Under the pieces are notes generated by a model, which did not search any database, was not told where the DNA came from, and saw nothing but the letters and a program-made list of their open reading frames with translations. DNA of 64,000 nucleotides. It comes from a bacterium (GTDB taxonomy: Bacteria; UBA8248). Below, in pieces: positions 58,786 to 64,000 of the stretch (position 1 is its first letter; each line of letters opens with the position of its first letter). The stretch spans positions 2,947,093-3,011,092 of the forward strand of contig OZ251456.1 in NCBI GenBank assembly GCA_965242545.1, given 5' to 3'. A program made the position numbers and the translations under genes.

Positions 58786-59865
58786 ATGAAGAGCTTGTTC
58801 ATCGCCTGCTTGTTCGCGCTTCTCTTTCTGGCTCCGGCGCACCTGGGCGCGCCCGCGCTCGCGCCGGGCGGCCTGGCGCTGGTGATCGAGGAGGCGGAGG
58901 CGCGGCGCTTCGGCGGCTTCCGGTCCTTCGGGTTTCGCGGCTCGCACGGCTTCGGGCGGCGGAGCTTTTCGAGGCGCTCGAACTTCGGCTCGCGCTCCCG
59001 GGCGAGGTCTTTTTCGCGCAGGCCGATTCAGAGGAGCTCGTTCCTCGGAGGCGGCTTCGGCAGCGGCCTGTTCGCGGGCATCGGCGGGTTTTTGCTGGGC
59101 GGAATGCTGGGGCGCATGATGTTCGGCGGCATGGGCTACGGCGGCGGCATGGGCGCGGGGGGCGGCTTCGGGCTTCTCGAAATCCTCCTGATCGGCGGCG
59201 TCCTCTTCTTCGTCTTCCGGATGATTCGGAACCGCGCCGCCGCTTCCTGCGAGGCGCCGCGCTATTCGGGAGGCGCCGCCGCCGAGGCGGACCCTTACGG
59301 CGTGGGTGGCTACGAAGAGGAGGCGCGCGGCGGACGGGAAGGAGGGGATCGCGCGTATCGCGGCCCGGACATCGGCTCGGGCCGGGGCGCCTCGCGCGTC
59401 GCCTCGCGCCGCGATTCGCGCGCCGACGAGGAGTTGCGGAAAATGGCCGACGCCGACGCTTCCTTCTCGGAGCAGGCGTTCCTGGATCTGGCGAAGGAGA
59501 ATTTTCTCCGGTTCCAGCAGGCGTGGGCGAATCGCGATATCGGCCCCGTCCGGGACCTCATGGACGACGAGATACGCGCGGAGGTGGAGCGCGACATCGA
59601 GGGCCTCAGACGCGAGCGCAAGGTGAACCGGCTGGACGGCGTGGAAATCGAGCGGGCGGAAATCGTCGAGGCCTGGAGCGAGGAGGGCTACGAGTTCATC
59701 ACGGTGCGCTATGAGGCGAGCCTTTGCGACTACGTGGTGCGGGAGGGAACCGAGGAGGTGCTGGAGGGCAGCCGGACGGACCGGGCGCGCTTCAGCGAGC
59801 GCTGGACGTGGGTGAGATCGCAAGGGTCGGGCCGGTGGTTCCTCTCCGCCATCGAGCAGGCGTGA
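58786..59865 (+). CDS. Tim44-like domain membrane protein
   Basis: Signal/transmembrane helix, Gly-rich low-complexity region, second transmembrane helix, then a C-terminal Tim44-like domain (…FLRFQQAWANRDIGPVRDLM…WTWVRSQ…WFLSAIEQ). Start at the internal ATG 58786. Confidence 0.7.
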   Translation: MKSLFIACLFALLFLAPAHLGAPALAPGGLALVIEEAEARRFGGFRSFGFRGSHGFGRRSFSRRSNFGSRSRARSFSRRPIQRSSFLGGGFGSGLFAGIGGFLLGGMLGRMMFGGMGYGGGMGAGGGFGLLEILLIGGVLFFVFRMIRNRAAASCEAPRYSGGAAAEADPYGVGGYEEEARGGREGGDRAYRGPDIGSGRGASRVASRRDSRADEELRKMADADASFSEQAFLDLAKENFLRFQQAWANRDIGPVRDLMDDEIRAEVERDIEGLRRERKVNRLDGVEIERAEIVEAWSEEGYEFITVRYEASLCDYVVREGTEEVLEGSRTDRARFSERWTWVRSQGSGRWFLSAIEQA

Positions 59866-59875
59866 TCCGTAAAGG

Positions 59876-60229
59876 TCATGGAGCGGAGGCTTCGTCGGGG
59901 GGCGGCGCTTTCTCCTCCTCCTCGCCGTAGCGCCTCCCGCCCTCCAGGTCCTTGAGCGACCACCAGAAGTAGATGACGCTCCCCAGGATGGCCGCCATCA
60001 CGAGGGCGAAGCCCGCGAGAAAGGACGCGGAGAACGCGGCGCGGTAGGCGCTCGCCGCGCCCGAGGCCGCTTCTCCCGCTCGTTGCGCCGCCGCGCCGAC
60101 GGCCGCTTTCGTCAGGGCCTGCTCGGCGCGGAACCTGTCGTAGCCCCAATAGATCGTTCCGCCCAGGATCGCGAGCGTCAAAAGGGTGCAGACGGGCCAT
60201 TTGAAACCGCTTTTTTTCATCCCGCTCAA
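59876..60229 (-). CDS. Small membrane protein (hypothetical)
   Basis: Two transmembrane helices. Overlaps the downstream LLM gene start by 4 bp. Confidence 0.4.
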   Translation of the reverse strand: MSGMKKSGFKWPVCTLLTLAILGGTIYWGYDRFRAEQALTKAAVGAAAQRAGEAASGAASAYRAAFSASFLAGFALVMAAILGSVIYFWWSLKDLEGGRRYGEEEEKAPPPDEASAP

Positions 60230-61176
60230 TTCCGCATCTCCGGAATCACCTCTTGGGCGAGGAGCGCCATCTGATCCATCTCCTCCTCCGCCGGCCCCGC
60301 GTGCTTGAAGATGAAGTGTCTGGCGCCCGCCTTCCGGAACTCGGCGATCTGCTCCATGCAGCGCGCGGGCGGCCCGTAGAATAGATACTTCTGGGCGATG
60401 CCGTCAAAATCCATGCCGTAGCGCTTCGAGAGGTTCTCGACGCCGCGGCGCAGGGCGCGCTCCGCGTCCTCGTGCGCGTAGATGAAGGCGTGGTGCGCCG
60501 GCGTCCACTTCCCTCCCTCAACGTCGAGCGACCTGCCCGCCTCCTCCGCCCATCGCCTCATGTCCTCGAGTCCCCGGGCGAAGCGCGGGGCGGTGAACAG
60601 GTAGGAGACGTAGCCCTCGCACCGGAGCGCCGCGCGCCTGCGGGCGGCGTCGCTGCGCCCGCCCACCCAGACGGGCGGGCCGCCGGGCGTGGGCGGAGCC
60701 GGCGTCTGGCGCGCGTTCTCGAATCGCCAGAAGCGTCCTCGGTGGCTCACCGCCTCGCCGCTCCAGAGCTTCCGCGCGATTTCGATGGATTCGTCCATCC
60801 TGGCGCTCCGCTCCCCGACGGGCACGCCGCAAAGCTCGAACTCCGTCTTTCCCTCGCCCCCCACGCCGACGCCGAAGATGAAGCGGCCCCCGCCCGTGAG
60901 GTAGTCCACCGTGGCCGCCGTCTTGGCGGCGACGGCGGCCCTTCGGAGCGGCAGGAGATACACGCTCGTGCCCAGCGTTATGCGGCTGGTTCGGGCCGCG
61001 AAGGCGGCCAGGGTGGTGAGGCTTTCGGTGTAGTGGCCGTAAAAGGAGAGATGATCGCCTATCCACAGGGAATCGTAGCCGAGCGCCTCGGCGCCTTCCG
61101 CGAAGGCGAACATCTCCGCGGGCGCATAGACGCGCTCGGGGTGCATCCCGAAGCTGACGCCGAATTTCGTCCCCAC
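60226..61176 (-). CDS. LLM-class flavin-dependent oxidoreductase (luciferase-like monooxygenase)
   Basis: TIM-barrel LLM pattern '…GYDSLWIGDHL…', '…GVGVGGEG…'. Confidence 0.8.
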   Translation of the reverse strand: MGTKFGVSFGMHPERVYAPAEMFAFAEGAEALGYDSLWIGDHLSFYGHYTESLTTLAAFAARTSRITLGTSVYLLPLRRAAVAAKTAATVDYLTGGGRFIFGVGVGGEGKTEFELCGVPVGERSARMDESIEIARKLWSGEAVSHRGRFWRFENARQTPAPPTPGGPPVWVGGRSDAARRRAALRCEGYVSYLFTAPRFARGLEDMRRWAEEAGRSLDVEGGKWTPAHHAFIYAHEDAERALRRGVENLSKRYGMDFDGIAQKYLFYGPPARCMEQIAEFRKAGARHFIFKHAGPAEEEMDQMALLAQEVIPEMRN

Positions 61177-61270
61177 CCCCCTCTCCTCTCCCGGCCGCTT
61201 CCCCGGCTGTCGGGAAAACTAAGGCGCGCCGCCGCCCGGGTCAACCCCGCGCCGCGCTCCCGGCGGCGTT

Positions 61271-62662
61271 TTGACAGGCGGGTTCCGCCGCCTTAATATC
61301 GCCCGCGTCGCTCCGCTTCATCCTTCGTCGAAAAAGGGGCTTCTGGTGGTCGATATCCGGGCGTTTCGCGCGCTCCGATATGCAAGCGTCGCGCCGGAGG
61401 AGATGGGCGAGGTGTCCTCCCCGCCCTATGACGTTTTTACGCCCGCGCTCAGGCGGGCCTTCCACGAGCGCCACCCCCGGAACGTCGTTCGGCTGATTCA
61501 GGGCGAAATCCTCGAGGGCGAGGAGGGGGACGCGGGCCGGGTGGCGCGCGCGGTCGCGCATCTCAGGGAGTGGCGAGAGAGCGGGGCGATGGCGCTGGAC
61601 GCCGCGCCCGCCCTCTATCCCTACCGGCAGCGCTTCTCGCTCCCGGACGGAACCCGCCTGGAGCGGAACTCGTTTTTCGCCGCCGTGAGGCTGGAGCCCT
61701 ACGGCCGGGGCCGGATTCACCCGCACGAGCGGACCTTCCCCAAGCCGAAGGGCTACCTGTTCGACTTGTGGGGCGGGTGCGGCGCGCACCTGGGCCCCGT
61801 CCTCGCCTTTTACGAGGACGCCCGGGGCGCGGCGATGGACGCCCTGGCGGACGCGGCGAACGGCGCGCCCCTCGCCGACTTCGAGGACGACGGCGCGCGC
61901 CACACCCTGTGGCGGTGCGAAAAAGCGGACGCCATCGAGGCCGCGCGCGAGGCGCTCCTCGACAGGGAGGCGTTCATCGCGGACGGCCACCACCGCTACG
62001 AGACCTCCCTGAACCTTCAGGAGGCGGCGCGCGCGAGGGGCGCGCCCGAGGGGGGCGAGGCGGACTACGCGCTGATGTGCCTCGCCAGCGCCTCGGATCC
62101 CGGGATGACGGTCCTGCCCACGCACAGGCTGCTCAGGAAGGCGTCCGCCTCGACGGAGGAGGCGCTCTCGGCGCTGGCGGGAAAATACGAGATTCTGGAG
62201 GAAGCGGCGCCCGGGCCCGGAGCCGGCGCGGAGGCGGCCACCCGCTTGGCGCGTCTGTCGCGGGAAAACGGGGACGCCTGCGCGTTCTGCCTTTACGACG
62301 GCGGCGCGAGCCTTCGGTATCTGATCGGCGGACGGCGCGGCGCGGGCGGCGGCTCCGTGGAGGAGGCCGTCGCCGCCCTGGACGTGAGCCGCCTTCACGA
62401 GGATGTCGTGGACGGCGCGTTTCGGGCCTCTCACGGCGAGGGGGACATCGGCTTCACGCCCGACCCGGAGCTCGCGCTGGCCTCCGCCAGGCGCGGGGAG
62501 TGCGCGGCGGCGCTTTTGCTGAACCCCACCCCCATTGACTCGGTGCGCGCCATCGCCAGGGCCGGCGGGAGGATGCCGCACAAGTCCACCTATTTCTATC
62601 CCAAACTGCGCACGGGCCTCGTCATTCACGCCTTCGCTCCCCCGGCGGATGATTCGCCCTGA
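61271..62662 (+). CDS. DUF1015 domain-containing protein
   Basis: Hallmark 'FIADGHHRYET' and 'LPTHRLL'. The true start may be downstream of 61271. Confidence 0.75.
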   Translation: MTGGFRRLNIARVAPLHPSSKKGLLVVDIRAFRALRYASVAPEEMGEVSSPPYDVFTPALRRAFHERHPRNVVRLIQGEILEGEEGDAGRVARAVAHLREWRESGAMALDAAPALYPYRQRFSLPDGTRLERNSFFAAVRLEPYGRGRIHPHERTFPKPKGYLFDLWGGCGAHLGPVLAFYEDARGAAMDALADAANGAPLADFEDDGARHTLWRCEKADAIEAAREALLDREAFIADGHHRYETSLNLQEAARARGAPEGGEADYALMCLASASDPGMTVLPTHRLLRKASASTEEALSALAGKYEILEEAAPGPGAGAEAATRLARLSRENGDACAFCLYDGGASLRYLIGGRRGAGGGSVEEAVAALDVSRLHEDVVDGAFRASHGEGDIGFTPDPELALASARRGECAAALLLNPTPIDSVRAIARAGGRMPHKSTYFYPKLRTGLVIHAFAPPADDSP

Positions 62663-62678
62663 CGCCCCGGCATGAAGC

Positions 62679-63305
62679 ATGAGAATCCGAAGCGCCGCGT
62701 TCATCAAGAGCGCCTCGGGGCGCACCGGCTGGCCGAGGGCCGATTTGCCGGAGATCGCCTTCGCGGGCAGGAGCAACGTCGGAAAATCCTCGCTCATCAA
62801 CTTCCTCGCCAATCGAAAGAGTCTGGCGAAGACCAGCGCGACGCCCGGCAAGACGCAGCTCATCAATTTTTTCGGCGTGGACGGGAGGTTCGCGCTCGTG
62901 GACCTGCCGGGCTACGGCTACGCGCGCGCCCCGCTCGCGGAAAAGGCCCGCTGGCGGCCCATGGTGGAGACGTATCTGAAAAACCGGGAGACGCTCCTGG
63001 GCGTGGTCGTGCTGATCGATTCGCGCCGGGGGGCGGGAGAGATGGATTTGAGCCTGCTCGAATGGCTCGCGGCGGCGAACCTCCCGGCGTGCCTCGCCCT
63101 CACCAAGGCGGACAAGCTCCGGCGAAGCGAGGAGCGGGGAGCCGTGGCCGCGCTCGCGGAGGCGATGACGGCCGGCGGAGGGCTGTATGGCCGGTGGTCC
63201 GGCCCGGTTCTGTGCAGCGCGAAGAGCGGACGGGGCAAAAGAGAGGTTCTCGCGCAGATGGCCGAGTGGCTCGGCGAGCCGCCCGGGGGCGCGCCCGCCG
63301 CGTGA
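62679..63305 (+). CDS. engB: Ribosome biogenesis GTP-binding protein YsxC/EngB
   Basis: G1 'GRSNVGKSSLIN', G3 'DLPGYG', G4 'TKADK'. Confidence 0.85.
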   Translation: MRIRSAAFIKSASGRTGWPRADLPEIAFAGRSNVGKSSLINFLANRKSLAKTSATPGKTQLINFFGVDGRFALVDLPGYGYARAPLAEKARWRPMVETYLKNRETLLGVVVLIDSRRGAGEMDLSLLEWLAAANLPACLALTKADKLRRSEERGAVAALAEAMTAGGGLYGRWSGPVLCSAKSGRGKREVLAQMAEWLGEPPGGAPAA

Positions 63306-63556
63306 ATCCGAAAGAAGCGGGAGACCTGGCGGCGGCCGCCTGGATGAATGAGCCGGGGCGCGCCATAATGGAAGCGTCAAGGCCCCTGGGCGAAGACCCG
63401 CGGGCCGGGAGTCCATGGGCCGGCGGGACGCGCCGCGGCCCGAATCCCGGGGGAGGCTTCGCGGCGTGCGCGCGTATCTGCTAGAGTGGGCCATCGACCG
63501 TCTGAAAGAGCGTTCCGAGAAAAAAGCGGCGCATTTGCGCAGGATAGCTTCTGGAG

Positions 63557-64000
63557 ATGAGCGTGCCGGAGAGGGAAAGGGCGGCTCCCGGAGCCGCTCC
63601 CGGGAAGAAAATGGCGAAGCCGAAGGCGGACGTGCGCGGCTGGGCGCCGGGCGTTCCGCGGGAGAAGCCGAAGAATCGAACCTATGACGGCCCGCTGCGC
63701 GTCAACGCGAAGCCCAAAAGGGCGGACAGGCTTTTCTTCGGCACAGGCGGCGTTCCGCATTCGGCCCGCCCGCAGACGCACCCCGGCGCGGTGCGCCGGA
63801 TTCGCGAGCTGGGGCTGGGCGTCTATGAGATGGAGTTCGTGCACGGCGTTCGCATCCGGCCCGAGACGAGCGAGGAAGTGAAAATCGCCCGGGCCGAAAC
63901 GGGCGTCCGCGTGACGGCGCACGGTCCCTACTACGTGAACCTCTATTCCCTCGAGGCGGAGAAGGTGGCGGCGAGCCGCAAGCGCGTGCTGGACACGGCG
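63557..64000 (+). CDS. AP endonuclease family 2 / xylose-isomerase-like TIM-barrel protein (possible endonuclease IV), 3'-truncated at the window edge
   Basis: Open frame with no stop before the window end, which is why it is missing from the ORF track: 'MSVPERE...LFFGTGGVPHSARPQTHPGAVRRIRELGLGVYEMEFVHGVRIRPE...VRVTAHGPYYVNL'. This fits the Nfo-like 'AHxxYLINL' pattern. An alternative start is ATG 63611. Confidence 0.4.
   Translation, partial: MSVPERERAAPGAAPGKKMAKPKADVRGWAPGVPREKPKNRTYDGPLRVNAKPKRADRLFFGTGGVPHSARPQTHPGAVRRIRELGLGVYEMEFVHGVRIRPETSEEVKIARAETGVRVTAHGPYYVNLYSLEAEKVAASRKRVLDTA

Overview
This is a high-GC (~65-70%) proteobacterial chromosomal window from around the replication origin. 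The conserved backbone is rpmH-rnpA-yidD-yidC on the minus strand facing dnaA ... recF-gyrB-gyrA on the plus strand, plus a minus-strand mnmE-mnmG-[two parS]-parA-parB-bactofilin block and a complete iscR-iscS-iscU-iscA-hscB-hscA-fdx-iscX operon. Three accessory insertions interrupt the backbone. (1) At the left end there is a defence-type islet: a NotI-family type II restriction endonuclease overlapping a Dam-family N6-adenine methyltransferase, the C-terminal remnant of an IS1595-family transposase abutting the methyltransferase start, osmC, and a co-transcribed two-gene module of unknown function (156 aa plus 468 aa ending in a helix-turn-helix-like segment), followed by bcp. (2) About 10.6 kb lies between mnmE and yidC where jag normally sits, and rsmG is missing. 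This segment carries proV-proW and two tandem proX paralogs, a GalT-like gene, tandem short-chain dehydrogenase paralogs (one decayed), and a 1.3-kb non-coding tract packed with at least three families of GC-rich palindromes. (3) dnaN is absent between dnaA and recF. In its place is a ~2.3-kb lower-GC insert with two overlapping unknown genes, preceded by a ~105-bp copy of the proX promoter-proximal region and signal peptide, and containing one perfect DnaA box. Many long ORFs in the track are antisense or alternate-frame artefacts of the high GC and are not reported. Three features do not appear in the ORF track: rpmH (shorter than 60 aa), the IS1595 fragment (no Met start) and a 3'-truncated ORF at the window end.
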